Shown here piece by piece: positions 27,390 to 41,160 of a DNA stretch of 64,000 bases. Source of the DNA: Vicugna vicugna (taxonomy: Eukaryota); contig MU058017.1 in NCBI GenBank assembly GCA_013265495.1, positions 381,919 to 445,918 on the forward strand, written 5' to 3'. The notes beneath the pieces are model-generated. The model searched no databases. It saw only the letters and a list, made by a program, of their open reading frames with translations, and had not been told where the DNA came from. A program made the translations under genes and the position numbers. Within the stretch, counting starts at the first letter, position 1; each line of letters opens with the position of its first letter.

Positions 27390-27780
27390 TTTATAGACAT
27401 GGTCAAGGAAGGTCCCAGTGTAAAGGTCACATTCAAGCAAAGACCCAAAGGAAACAAACGAGTAAGCTGTGAAGATTTCTAGGGAAGAGCGTTTCAAGCA
27501 AAGGGAACAGCAGGTGCAAATGTCCTAAACAGGGAGTATCTTTGGTGTGTTTCAAGAACAGCAAAAAAGCCAGTGGGACCAGAGTTTAGTAAGCAAGAGA
27601 AAGAATGGTAGAAGCTAAAGCCAGAGGGCTCCATGCAGATCCTTGTAAACCACCATCAGGACCCTCGTTTTTCACAGAACAGAGATGGGGATTCTATGAA
27701 AGTGTTGAGTAGAAGAGTGATAGAATCTGACTCATGTTTTAAACAAATCACTTTGGCTGCTATGTTTAGACTAGATTAGA
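27390..27780 (-). mobile_element. L2 LINE fragment
   Basis: TGGTCAAGGAAGG...AAGGTCACATTCAAGCAAAGACC...GGGAACAGCAGGTGCAAA...AATCTGACTCATGTTTTAAACAAATCACTTTGGCTGCTATGT. Confidence 0.8.
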
Positions 27781-27849
27781 TTAGTTTAGATTAGACTTTA
27801 AAGACGCAAAGACAGATGCTTGTATTCATTCACTTACGTATCATGAGTT

Positions 27850-27990
27850 ATGAGATTTGTACAATTTTCCATTTGCACATGACAAAACTGAGACAGAGAA
27901 ATCACACAGATGGTAAACAGCAAAACCTGGGTAACAGCCCAGGCAAGCTGGCTCCACAGAGGTCATGCTTTTAACCTCCACATTCTCACT
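27850..27990 (-). mobile_element. MIR fragment
   Basis: CCATTTGCACATGACAAAACTGAGACAGAGA...CCCAGGCAAGCTGGCTCCA...CATGCTTTTAACC. Confidence 0.65.
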
Positions 27991-28668
27991 TCTCAAGAAA
28001 GATGTCAAAGGCTGAGGCAAGAAAAATTTATGCAGACATCTTTGGCTGGGGACCACTAGGGGTAGTCCTAACTGGGAGAAGAAGCGTCATTTCGCTTCAT
28101 TCCATTTCAATTATCTCATGGACTGTACTGCACTTTGCAGACAATGAATCAGAGGTACCCAGCTATGTCAACTTTTTTTTAGAGATGTGTAAGTCAGAAA
28201 TATAGGAGTTAATAGTAGAACATAATAGTAACTTTGTAGCAGGTGCCTAGGCTGTCAACTGCAATACTGGAAGCGGGCCTTGCAGATTTCCTTGCCTGCA
28301 CAGTGCAGAGTCAAGGGCAACATGGAAAGGACTGAAATTCCCTTTTGTGATCACTTGGTTGATATTACTTATCGGTGATTCTCAACCTTCATTCCCAGAC
28401 ATCTTGGGTTTCTCCAATTATTTAAAACTTGTAAAGAAATCCTCCACAAAAATTTTATTATAATCAAGTCAATTTTCCTCTAGAATTCTCTTAAAAATTC
28501 AACACCCAGATGCCAAATCTTCAAATAGAAAGCTATCACCATTAAATCTTTTCAACGCTATCTTTGAACAAAGAAACATAACTAAATTCATAACATAACT
28601 CCTACAATATGCCAGAGTTTTAGAACTTTCACAGTTAGAACTTACAATATTAGCTAAGAAGTCATCTG

Positions 28669-28745
28669 TTTTACATAATTATGTAAAATGACTACATAAA
28701 TAATTACGTAAAAATGTAGTGACACGTGTATAAGTAATCATGTAA
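28669..28745. promoter_or_regulatory. Candidate enhancer: cluster of PAR-bZIP/NFIL3 D-box motifs plus an E-box
   Basis: Perfect palindrome TTTTACATAATTATGTAAAA (28669-28688), TTACGTAA (28704-28711) and CACGTG (28723-28728). Motif-only evidence. Confidence 0.3.
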
Positions 28746-30712
28746 TAAACATTATACTTGAAGCATGGTGGCTTTTCTCTTTCATTTTTTAGAGATTGTT
28801 GAGTCAATCACATGAATCTCACCAAACAACCAAAACCCAGTTTAGCTCAAAGACAATCTACAGAGAGCCTTAACACTGAAGGGAAAGGTTAAGAAGTGAC
28901 TAGATATAGGGTATTTCTACACTTAAAGAATTGAAAACTTGTTGGAGGACAAGGCTTATACATTTTATATTAAAAAGGAGGAAAATGCAGATAGTAGTTA
29001 ATAGCAGCCACCCCTGCTTTTGAGAGCAATCTTGGGCTCAGCTTCTGGGCAGCTCTGGCCTGCTTCAGCACTCACTTACTCCCTCCCTCCTGCCAGTCAC
29101 ATTTCTTTGATTCGCTCGCTGAGCCCTCCAGATTGTGAACAACCTGGGTCATTTCCCTTCCTCTTATTACACTTCTGCACTCCCCATTTGAATCTTGTAA
29201 TGTGCATCCACACACTGCTAGGAGTGTGAAAGGGCTTTCCTCCTCTCACCCAGTTGGAAGGTCCCTACACCCATAGAGCAAGAGTTTTAATTGAAAGAAG
29301 AAAAACTGAGCCAGGAAACTGAACATGGATCCTATTAAAAGAGTTCAAGTCCAAGGCAAGGTACTCAGGAGGCAGCTTAGGACAGCAAGGACGTGTTAGA
29401 CATCTGGGAGTCGGGGGAAGAAGACACTGGAAGGTGGGAGAGTTGCCTAGCCAGGCATGCAGGAGGGATGACATCTTTCAGATGTGACAGGCAGGCCTGA
29501 ACAGATGACAACTTTATCTACATATTACTCTGCCTCTGGCCCCCACAAAACAAGCTAATGGTAGAGTTATTTGATTCCAAAACCTGGTTTCCCGTTAGAA
29601 TCCCGAGGGAGTTCTTGTACTGACTCATTGTGAGAGCATATTTATTCATTTAACAAATTTATGGAGCCTCTGTTATGAATTAAGTGGGTCTCAGAGGACC
29701 AGCCCGGAGCCCAATCTCCATCATTTCTATAGGCAATCTATGTTCTGAGCTCCTGACTACTGATTTACGCCATTGGGAACTCTTCCCAGTAATAAAAGGA
29801 GGGTTTCTTGTACTCTTTCTCTACTCCAATTTGCATGCTGCCTTCCCCTTAATTTAAGGACAGTAGGAAAGTTCAGAAGAAAGGGCTGCACATTGGTTGA
29901 TTTTATTTATTTCCCTCCCTTTTTTTGTACTTGAATTATTTGCCTGCTGGGAAAAGCTCATATGATGGCCTTTTTATAAATGCCCCAAGAGAGAGATCTA
30001 TCACCATAGTAGTTGAGAAAACTGTAATACAAGGCAAAACACTTGATTTACATAAGAGTCTGCAAATAAAGAACAAGGTTTATGTTCCAAAAATTGGAAG
30101 AAGTCAAATCTCACTTTTTTTTTAAGAAGCAGGAAAAGTTTGTTTTGATTTGGGGGAATAATCTCCTGCCCCCAGGTGTGACCCTTTTGGGGTCATAATG
30201 AACAAAGTAAAAGATGAATATTTACTTATTCAATTCACCCAATTTTAACATCTTCCACAATTAATAGTACTTGTTTTAAAATGTCACTATATTTTTTGTC
30301 AGCACACGTTATATTTTGTATCTCTTTCTCTTCTATGTTTTCATAAATATCTTAGGCATTTTAGGAAAAAGTCCAACTTGTATGGCCCTTAATCACAACT
30401 ACAGTGACCTGAGTGACACGTAAATAAATTACTGCTAGGTCAGGAAAAATACGTAGTCTACGTACACATTTCAGAAAAGCAAAAAGGCAACGTAGTCTTG
30501 TCCAACCAATCCCACCCCTCAAATACCACACAGGTTTGTGTTTGCACCTGCCCTCCTCAGTCCTGGAAAAATACGAAGAGTGTGAACTCTTGACAGTCAG
30601 AAAGGATGTTAATCTTCAGTTCAGGTCTTCCATTTTCCTAACATGATCTTATTTGAAAGAGCAGGGGAAATTTTCTCAGTGAAAACCAGCTTGGTTTGCA
30701 GAGTGGTTTTGT

Positions 30713-30713
30713 T

Positions 30714-30744
<31 letters not shown>

Positions 30745-30747
30745 TTT
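30713..30747. repeat. (TC)n followed by a poly(T) pyrimidine tract
   Basis: Read directly from the sequence. Confidence 0.9.
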
Positions 30748-31662
30748 CCTTACCTAGAATCCAGCAAAGGAGAGGTAGAAGTTGAGAGTCATTTTCTAAA
30801 ACACAAGGTGCTCAATCATACTTGATATGGTCATTCCCCCGAGGAAAACTGGAGAAAAACTGCCAAACCCTGGTAGAATTCCAGTGTCAGAATTCTAGGG
30901 TTAGAACTCCAAAACTCTAAACACATTTTCAGACTGATGGCCTTTAGCTCTTACCAAATGCCCTTTATATTTGTCCATGATACACAGTTCCGACTCTTTG
31001 GCTGGTTGCAACTGGTAAATCTGGAGTTTGTTGGCTGCCTTTTCTATAGAACACAAATTATCTCAATTCAGTCACCTTAATGTGCATATTTTCATGTCAT
31101 TTCTAAATAATTAATTCAGACCCAACCTTTACACCTCTGCAATGGCAGGTTTAGTAACTACTTAAGGAAGGTATATAAACTTCACTGTTTATAATACTGT
31201 TTATATATATACACAAATACATACATAATACTGTTTATAATAAACACAGTAATACTGTGTTTTCGTGGGATCACTGCAAAAGGATATTCTCATATGAATT
31301 ATCAAGGAAGAGAGGTAAATTTACAGAAGGGAGCTGCCAGGATTTGCACCGATCTTGTTGAATGATCAATGCCTTGGATTTATTTACATAATGTGTTTTT
31401 TAAATGTTTAGCTTTCCTTTTTCCAAAAGGATTTGGGTCAGCTTACAATGATGCAGATAATGCAGTAAGACAAGATAGATTAAAAACAAGTGAAAAAGAT
31501 GACTTACAGAGGAACTAAAGGTAAACAAGTGAAATAGAGTATAAAGGGTGTACATCAAACATGCATCATGACAGGCTAAACAGTTACTAGAGGCAGGCCA
31601 TGGATGGGGCCCAGACCTTTCTATCAGGCAACTGAAAAGGGAAATGATCAGTCACAAAATTA

Positions 31663-31698
31663 CACAAACACAAACACACACACACACACACACACACA
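31663..31698. repeat. Interrupted (CA)n microsatellite
   Basis: CACAAACACAAACACACACACACACACACACACACA. Confidence 0.9.
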
Positions 31699-32224
31699 AA
31701 ATTAACCTTGCTGCTCACACCACTGCTGACACTGAGGGGTAGAGCTGTGCTGGCCTGAGGACAATAACCAGGCCCTTAAGGCTGGAGATGGCACAAGTCA
31801 TTAGTTCAATTCCACATCCAATTGAAGAGCATCTTTCACTTCATATTAGTAGTGAAACTGAAGTGCTTCGAAACTTCAGCAAGCTGAACATTATCCTCCT
31901 CACATCAGCTTATAACCTGTCATTCTTCAGGGATGGCAAGTGCATACCCACCTCCCTGAAAGCCTGGCAAGTGTGTTCAGGTTGAGGTCACTGAGCATCC
32001 CTTGCTTCTGTTTTATTTTGGACCTTATGCATTAGGCAGGGGTGTAGGAAAGTCAGAGGATCTACACGATTCTGCCCAGATCCTACCTAACTTGGGGTAT
32101 TATTCCCAAAGAGAAACTGGAGAAAATGCCATCAAGTAAGAAAAATATAAAATAAATAAAAACACCCAAGTAATTAAATTAAAAGCCTGAGAGCCTACAT
32201 TCATGTATACATGTTTAATAAAAT

Positions 32225-32455
32225 AATAGTTAACATTTACTAAGCCCTTCCTAAGTGCAGATACTGCTTCAAGAGCTTTACATTTCATTTATTTAATCCT
32301 CCCAACAACCCTGAGGTAGATACTGCTGCCTGTTTTGCAGATGTGGAAAATGAGGCATAGATCACAGGTTAGGTGATCTCCCCAAACCACAGAGCCAGTA
32401 AGTGGTGCCGGCAGGATTTGAACACTAAGGTTCTCACTCCAGAGCTACTCTCTAA
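32225..32455 (-). mobile_element. MIR SINE, near full length
   Basis: TAACATTTACTAAGC...ATTTAATCCTCCCAACAACCCTGAGGTAG...TTTTGCAGATGTGGAAAATGAGGCA...GGATTTGAAC...ACTCCAGAGC. Confidence 0.8.
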
Positions 32456-32996
32456 TCTATGAACCCCAACATCCTTCACCATTTCCGACTTCTTTTCTCC
32501 TTGGGTTATTCTGACTTCCTTTCCCTTTAAAAAAAAAAATGTTAAGGGAAAACTCTGGAGTGTTATTTGCCGCCCTTACATCCTCCCAACCTTTCTCAAA
32601 GACAAGGCTGCTGGCGATGTGTGGTGAGCAGGCATCTGACGCAGCACTGAGCAAGTTCCGTCCCAGAACTGGAAACTAAAAGGATGCCAGAGGCCTCAAG
32701 ACAGACAGTCTGTGGTCGGGAACATAACTCGGGAGGAGTGGCTGTCCCTAATTCCTCATTTCTCCTTCATCGCCGCGTCTCCGTTCCTCAGCCTCCCGTC
32801 CAAAGTTCAGACATTCGCTCCTCTCAGTTGGCCCGTTGACTTGTCTCACCAGAAAATCACCAGCTTGAATTATTCTGATGATAAAACCTTCCGCCTGAAG
32901 CTAGAGCCTACTTCCTCCGCCCATCTTTGATCTCTGTAGAATTTTTCTTTTTTGGAAAAACCATACTGGCAAGCACACCACACTCCTTCCACATAC

Positions 32997-33115
32997 TTGA
33001 GATTTTACAGTGGCTTTTTTGGAACTCCGTGGTGTTTTACATGTCAGTCGATCTCTGCTGGAGAGAGCAGCACAAAGACCTGTTGACACCTCACGGCAGA
33101 ATTTCACAGAATGTT
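32997..33115 (-). other. Candidate 119-nt internal exon
   Basis: Minus strand TATCTCTTCCTAG|AACATTCTG ... TCTCAA|GTATGT; one open frame (EHSVKFCREVSTGLCAALSSRDRLTCKTPRSSKKATVKSQ) that I do not recognise; adjacent sequence is mildly CpG-enriched. Confidence 0.25.
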
Positions 33116-33499
33116 CTAGGAAGAGATAATTTTCTAATTATACCACCAAATTCTGCTTAGGAAGACATTTTCCAACCACTCCGTTTTCAGTAGTGAGAAT
33201 AGTCTGAGGGTGAAATCAGACCCGGGGTGCATACTTTCCTTTTCTTTCTCTCTGTTTTTTTTTTCCCCTCTATTGGTATTAGGAAGTATTGCCTGGTAAA
33301 CTGGGTCTTGCTTTCCACATGCTCACCTGAGAATGCAACCCCAAGGAAACGTTACCTTCGTCTGACCAACAAATGGGAGTGAGGGAACTAGGAATCTTTC
33401 CCCTGACCCACCAGGTTTAGGGCCCCCAGAGGAACGTGGCGCCTCATTTTGTGTTCCCTTTGCTCCATCCCTAACACATTTCTTTTCTGCTTTTGTCTG

Positions 33500-33920
33500 C
33501 CTGGACAGCTCTTCATCAAACCATCAGCTAGAAAGGCAACTCTCATCCTTAAGACCTTGTTTGAGCTTCAGTTCTGAAGGCAGCCTTTCCTGACCCACTA
33601 CATGAGTGTTTTCAAAGTGTGCCCTGTGGACCACCTGCATCATAACGATTAGAGCCTAGAAAACTGCATTGTTACAAAGTCCCAGGAGATTCCTATGCAC
33701 CTGAATGTTTGAAACCTAGCTCTATGCTGGTTAATTCAATGCTCTATCCTCCCATAGCCCCTGTCCACACCCTCATGATAGTGGTAAGTGACTTGTTTAA
33801 TATCTCTTCTCTATATCAGCTCATGATATTCATCAGGTCAGGGACATAACTGAGTTTTAAGGCCTTGGCACTTTAGAGCTTATAGGAGGTGCTCATTAAA
33901 TATTTATTGAACTGAACTGA
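33500..33920 (+). mobile_element. L2 3' fragment interrupted by a MER5-like piece (about 33600-33725)
   Basis: L2 tail TAGGAGGTGCTCATTAAATATTTATTGAACTGAACTGAA; internal GTGTTTTCAAAGTGTG...GGACCACCTGCATCA...GATTCCTATGCACCTGAATGTTTGAAA. Confidence 0.6.
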
Positions 33921-36900
33921 AACAAATCAATTTTTCAGAATAATTTTTTTAAAGAAGCCTCAATTTCTGGAATTAATCTATTTCCATTTTTAACAGAAAG
34001 TGGTAAAGCAATTAAAACAAGTGTATATGAAGAATTTAGTCAAAACCCAGAACTCACAGAATGCTCATGTGTCTTTCCATATTGAATCTGACCTCGCAGC
34101 CATCTTTTTGACCTGTGTGAATTCTGTGAATGTACTGAATAGAAACAGAGGTATTGGTGGTGGTTAATAATTAATTATGCCCAGAAGATGAGTCTTTTGT
34201 TGTAATATTTTTGAAAGATTTTCAAGAATAAAGCTTAAAACACAGAGAATTTTTATATCAAAATTCAACTGAAGAAAAACAGTGATACATAAGAAAATAC
34301 ATCCCTTTTAATCACACACCCAGCTCCATTCTCATGTGTGAGGAGAGCTTGACTATTTAACTCACTAAAAAGGTTATATTCAGACAGAAAATTCTGGGTT
34401 ATGTGTTAAACTGAAAAAAAAAAAAAAGATGACCTAGGAATCCCAGAGCTAAGCACTGTCATCTATGAAACTGGGATACTTCCCAGACTTCAGTTGGGCT
34501 ACTCCCCAAATATTCTCTGTCCTTACCTCACCCAAAGAACAGTGGCATGCATGGGGGAGGACCAGGTTATGAGGGGGAAAGCCACAGTTCATAAAATAAA
34601 ACAGCTCTGTTATCTCCATGTATTCTCCAGGCACCAATAGAAGTATTTAATACAGAAAAATAACAAAATTATACCTATTTTAAGGACTCCAGTTATGTCC
34701 AAATAAAAGGGATGTTGTTAAACTAAATTACGTTTTCTGTGCCCCATAAACAAATTCCGAAAAGCACTAAATGAACTGAAGCCGAGGAAATGCAAGTATA
34801 AGAGGTTTTCACTGAACTTTCAAGAGTTTAATCCACATGGTCAGTTACTGTCAGGAGGAGTGGTCAGTCCATTGACTTCCAACAGTAATGTCTGCGCCCT
34901 GCACAGGTATGATGACATTTGTAACAGGCATGGGTATTATTATCATTATTATTATTATTATTCCTGTTTTATATGTGAGATGACAGAGTTAGAGACAGTA
35001 AGTAACTAGCCCACAATCTCACAAATGGCAAGTGGTGAAGTTAACATCTGGGCTGTATATATTCAGGGCCCATGCTGCCTGTGCTGTTAAAATCTGGGAA
35101 ACTTCTGCTATTATGTCATAATTCTTAATGAACTGGGCAAATGTGAGGTAGAAAAAAATACTATATCTTCTTATGTAATTTCTGAACCCACTCCAGAGCT
35201 TTCACTAGGAGATGAAATTCACCCTTTTGGAACTCTATGTGGGTACCAAATGTGTCCTCAAACCAGAAATGAAGGGGAGGGTCCCAAGAAAGTCTGGCTG
35301 CCCTGGGCAAATTATTATGAAAATTACAAGACTCTTTTCTGGACTTATTTTTTTCCAATTGCAAACCTTTACAGTGATCGGGCATTGCTTTTTCACTTCA
35401 TTATCTCACGTATGAAATCACTGCCTTTTCTGGTTTAGGAGTGAGAGCAATTGGTTTAGCCTTCGGACTTTAAGAAAAACAACAATAACAAAAAGAGAGA
35501 AAGCAAAGAGAAAACTGTGATAGTTCTTCAGTAGTTACATAAAAATGGAATTGAATTATGGTCTGAAAATGCAGGGAAGTGAGTCACTTTAATAGCAACA
35601 AGTGTAATAGTCACCATATGATTAATTGTTTTGTTTTCAGCCTTCTGAAAACCCTCTCTCTTCTCTTCTCAAAACCCTTCCCCCCTTTACTTTCTTTTTT
35701 CAAAACTCCTGGGATTTTTTTGCACATCTGCAAAACCAATGTCAGTTCCAGGTTCCTATTCTGGTATTGAACCAATCTGGCTTCCAGGCTCAGAGAAGGA
35801 AGCCAGTTCTCACCAGACAAACAAATGAGGTGACCTAATACCTGGGGGAGGTGGGGGTGGCGACCCTGACTGATAAATGGCAGAGAACTTCAGGCCTGTC
35901 TGGTCCTAGACCACTGACAAACTGAACCACATCAGAGGTTAGAGGCAACTGATGGGGTCATGAAAAAACAGGTGAATTTTATTTCAAGTAGAGGGAGAGA
36001 ATATGGGATAGAGAGAATTATAAGACTAAGCTAAGTAGTATGTTCTTTTTTAATAGAATGTGTTTAAGGAAAAAATCAGCAAAGTAGGGATCATATTTTC
36101 TACCTGTCTATCTCCCTAATGATGATTCATGTCTCCAAACTGAGGCTGGTTTAAAAAAACTTTTTTTGATGCTATCAATAAATAGAATTCTATTTTTTAC
36201 TTTCCACTAATAAAAATACTTGAGCTTGTCAGATTTTTGTTGACCTCTGTTAAATTCATGTAAATTTGGAATTGAACAAAATAGAAAATCTATACTTTGG
36301 AAAGGGACAAAATTGTACTTTGGAATGAGAAAATTTAAAAGGTTAGGAGAGGATGCACTTAGGACCATTTGGGGCCAAAACCAAAATCAGATCTTGTTAA
36401 CCCCACCACCAACAATGAAGAAAAACTGAGTTATTTGTGACTAGTCAACTGGTACTTTCTTGGAGGAAAAAGATCCCAAACTATTCCTGGAAACCCTACC
36501 TCTCTAACAACATGGCATTTTTGTGAATTGAAGGTAAAGGCATGACCAACATATGGAGTACATTTCTCTTATAACACTGTTCTGTTTAAAATTGAGGGAA
36601 AAACTGCTTGGCAAGGTGTACTGGCCCAGCCAATGGCAAAAGTCATTTCAGTTTATCCTGATTCCCTTCCGCTGTCCACCTCCCAGCCTGCCGGACATCC
36701 GGGTCCATGATTTATAAGCCTTTAATTGAAAACCAGGCGGCTGAAGATGCCTAGAGAATACAGCTCTCCTTGGCATGGGAAACACTGTACTGCCTTTTGC
36801 CCCATGTCTGCAGAGATGACGTAAGGGAAAAGATTTCAAGATTTTCCAGAAACAAGGTGGATTTCAAAGAGCATCAGAAGTGACTGTTTTTTGAAGGACT

Positions 36901-36944
36901 GCCTAGTCTAAGGAAGACCTCACAGAACTGGGTTCTTTCCAAAG

Positions 36945-37062
36945 GTAGAGTGATTCCCCAACTCAGTTTGCCCAGGTCTCTCCTGGTTTTGACCCTGAAC
37001 GTTCAACATCTCCAGAAACCCCTCCTTCCATGCAAACTGGGACACCAATATTGGTCACCCCA
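36945..37062. mobile_element. MER81/MER94-like hAT-Blackjack element
   Basis: TAGAGTGA...CAGTTTGCCCAGGTCT...CAAACTGGGACA...TTGGTCACCC terminal pattern. Confidence 0.6.
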
Positions 37063-37174
37063 AAAGGAGATTTTGGATGCCTCTGTGGCTCAAACGTTGA
37101 GAAAGAAAAGTCCTACTGATACTGAGGACAACTTGTCCAATGTGAACAAGGGAGGAAATAGAAATAAAAACTCT

Positions 37175-37440
37175 GATCATAGCAGCTACCATTCATAGAA
37201 CCCTTGTTTTGTGCCAGGCCTCTGCCATGCACTTTGCAGACGTTATTTCAGTTAACTCCAATTACAGCCTTGAAAGTTACTTCTTCTTCATATTGTCCCC
37301 ATTTTACAGATAAGGAAACTGAGGAACAGAGAAATTCAGGTAACTTGCCCAAGTTGACACAGACAGTACGGAGAGAGCCAGAAGGAATATCATAAGGTAC
37401 ATCAAACTCAACCAAGAGTGATCCGTTCACTTTCCACCAC
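37175..37440 (-). mobile_element. MIR SINE
   Basis: TGTGCCAGGC...CCCATTTTACAGATAAGGAAACTGAGGAACAGAGA...GGTAACTTGCCCAAG. Confidence 0.8.
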
Positions 37441-38749
37441 TCAAAGTCTTCTCATACTCCATGAACAGCCTCTTTAAGATTTTAAGACGGAATTAGAACA
37501 GCGCCTATTTCTTCTTTGTTTGCTATCCCAGGAACTTGCTAGATGCCAGATGCTCCCCCAAGAAACAGACTAAGGAAGAGAGAAACCAGTAAAGCTGACG
37601 CTTGTTAAATGGCAATTGGTTTAGCACCTCCTAACACAGAATCCACAAGCTCCTATGGAATAAGGCTAGGAACTCTTACAGCAAAATTACCTGCATCCTG
37701 CCTAAGACCTTCAGTGCCTTCTCTCCAAAGCATTCCTGCAGTCGCTGATCCTAGGCACTGGGCAACTTCTTGTGAGCTAAGCACCTTGCCAGACGACTGC
37801 CCAGAAGCCCTATTTAATCCCTCCCTCGAGGAGCACTGGTGGTATTTGAATAAAGTTGCCACTGTAATTGCTTGGCTTACCGTTTAAGCATATTACAGGC
37901 TCTGGGAGAGGATTTGTGAAGAAAATACTATTAAAACAAATGTTAACAGTGTTCTATTGAAAGACAAAGGGTATAGTTGCACAGGAGGAGACAACTTGCC
38001 CCAGACTGGCCACTAGAGGATTTGTCTTATGGAGAGAAGCTGTTTTATTCAATCTGGTTTCCTGTATAAAAATCAGAATGCTGGGAGCTTGTGGCTCTGA
38101 TGAGGGGGGAGGAGAAACGGATGGCCTGGATGTATCTCCAGGTTAACACTTAAAATGAGGCAAATGGAAAACACATCCAACTGGGAGTCTAACCATAATA
38201 CATTTGGATGACAAATTCAGACTTTCACATTTTAACTGAGAGCCCCTGACATATATCTCTCCCTGGACACGTCTGAAAACACATCTATTTTCGGCTAGTG
38301 AGCCAGAGACCACCACCACACAATTGCGGTTGTAATGCAAGTAGCTCTGTCTTTTTTTTGTATCCAGACCATCTGTTTTCAACTTAGTGCTTCCTAAAGG
38401 ACTTCCTAAAGCTTGACCCACCTCAGTGTAAAATGACATTCTTTTTCCCCCAAGGGCACCCTTCACCAGGAAAGTAAAGCATTTAGGACCAGCTGGCTAG
38501 AAGGAAGCAGTTTCTAAACTCAATCCCATAAACTTTCCAGATTCTCAGGAAACAGATGACTCATGGAGCTCTTGATGTAGGTGTCTAGTAGTTCCTAAAA
38601 TTTCCACAGACATAACAATGAAATGGAATTTATCTGAGAAACTGACCTTTGTTCTGGGGCTATTACAACTTAAATACACTTCTGCATCCTAATGGCCACC
38701 TGTATGCAGCTCCCTTTATGTTTACTAGCAATAGTCCCAGGGATCTGTT

Positions 38750-39110
38750 TCCATCCATCCATCCATCATCCATGTCTCCAACCACCCATCCATTCATTCA
38801 TTTATTCAACAAATACTCGAGCATGATTTTTGTCTCTGGGAGTACACCAAAGAACAAGACAAAGTTCAAGAGTGCTCACAGGGAGAACATTTAAGAGATT
38901 GTTAGAGCAAACAAATGAGAGATGGTGGCTTAGACTAGTAGTGGAGACAGTGAGAGGTGAACATTTCAGTGATCCTTTTAAAGACAGAGCTGACAAGTCT
39001 TACGATGGTTTTAGATACTAAGAAATAAGATACAGAGGAGAATCAAGAATGACTGTGAAGTACTGGGCTTAAGCCATTGGGTAGGTGGTAATGCCATTTT
39101 CTGAGACTGG
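38750..39110 (-). mobile_element. L2 fragments
   Basis: CATTCATTCATTTATTCAACAAATACTCGAGCA (reverse L2 tail); GAGGAGAATCAAGAATGACT...GGTAATGCCATTTTCTGAGA. Confidence 0.7.
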
Positions 39111-41160
39111 CTCCCTATGAATAATCCTAATCCAAGAGGTAGAATGAGTCCTGTTAATTGTTCTTTATTTGATTCCATGTTTTCTTGAGATACAAGAGGC
39201 TATTCATGCTTTTGGCCCTTGGCATACGTAATGACAGCTTTCCAGTGCCACCCTTTTCTTCATCTATCTCAAAGCAAGCAAAAATTTGTTGGAACCAGAG
39301 ATATGTAAACAGTTAGCAAAGAGAAAATAATTCTCAGGATCTGAGAAAATGAAAGAATGAACAAAGGCTTGCATTCTGATTTTGCAGTCATCCTTTGCTC
39401 CTTGAAACGAGTAACTTGATTAAATCATTAGAAAATGGGACCGCTGAAAGTAGGGTTAGGGTGGGGACCTAAAATATTGACTCTCTAGAATAATCTGCAA
39501 AGATTAGTGGACTCCTGGAGATTGCTTCTCTGAATAGTCTATTGTATTTCCATATTTCAAGGAGTCTATGAGACAGAATTAAAAAGGTCTAATGCATTCA
39601 CTCTAGGGTACTTCTCAGATTGCCTTTATTAAAATAAGAAGACTTTATACTAGTATAACCTCTTTCATCTAAAGATGGAAGAATTTGCAATCAGCAAACT
39701 TATTACACCGTGATACCCTTTGGCATCTGAATTAAACCTGGTGTGTCACACGTCAGTTTACCATACCCTGCCATACATAGGTTGATAACTATAGGGCCAG
39801 AAGTAACCTGGTATAGAGTAGGGTAATAATTCTCTTACTAGACTTATTAACTACAACTGATTGGTGCATGAACACATGCAAAATACTTCCCTGAGCATAA
39901 GAATTCTCGTGTTGGTTGGGAAGCACCCTGTTCATCTGAATTCCTTTAGTCTGTTGAAAGTTTATCTATCAGACCAGCCTCTTGAATAAGCACCCAGGGA
40001 ATTTCACTGGAAAAAAATTACTTCTAAGACAAACATTCCATCAGAATGATTAGAACCAAAATGCAAATTTATTAACTCCATGAAAATAATGCATTGATCC
40101 TTTTAATAATACTGACAGTGGAGTTTTTATATGCATGCTCTAAAATGTGCCACAAGAAGAAAGCTTATTAAATAATAAGCATTTCAATCAGCATATCTTG
40201 TCAACAATGCTAGAAAAAATAGAAACCCAGACAGAAAATGTAGTAAGTAGGTGGCCTTTCTGTCACACCAGATGATTCACCTCCCCCCACCAGAAGCCCT
40301 CTCAATGGCACAAGTCACGATGCAGTCAGTGCTCAGCGTTTCTTTGCTTGACATTTGAACTTAGGAAAAAAAGTGTTTTGCTAACCCCTTGGTGCTGAAT
40401 GTTTGACCTTAAAGCTTATTGTTTGCTTCTTTTTTGTCTCAATCCTCATGACTACAAATGCTATTATTAGTCATAAGATTGTTCGGTCCCTTTTAAATTC
40501 CATCCATGGTATTTGACTCTCTGGCCTAAACATAATAGGGAATTCAAAATCCTAATTATTTCTAAGGGGCCTGATTCTTTCAACTTTCCTATGCGCTCCA
40601 ACTTTTCCCAGCTATATATGGAACCAGGACCTATGTTGGGTTTTAGTAATGTATGCCAGTGTATGCCCCTGAATCCTTCACTGAACGAGGAAAGATTACT
40701 AGTAAAAAATGCACAGATTTCTGTGTGGACAGCCCTGGAACTGAATCTCAGTATTGCTACTGGTAAGTCAGGTAATTCTGGGAAGGCCATCAAATCTCTG
40801 TTTTGCATAATAAACAGAAGATACTATTTACATGAAGTGCTATTATATAAATGATACATGTATCATGTAATGTTCTTGGCACAAAATAAGCATTCAGTAA
40901 ATAGCATATATTATTCATTACCATCACTCCACTTATATAAAGGTGGGAAGGAACTGACTGAACACTATTTTCCATTTCAGCCTATCCCTGGCAAGAGTTA
41001 TTTCAGCCTTAAAATCTTTGATCTCATGACTGGACTGTTCATGGCCACACAAAGGCATGACACATCCAACATACCTCTTAAAACAATCCATTTCAGAGAC
41101 ATTCAGGCTGTTAGTTGAGTTTAGTCTGAAAAATCCACCCTAGTTTATTCATCATAAAAG

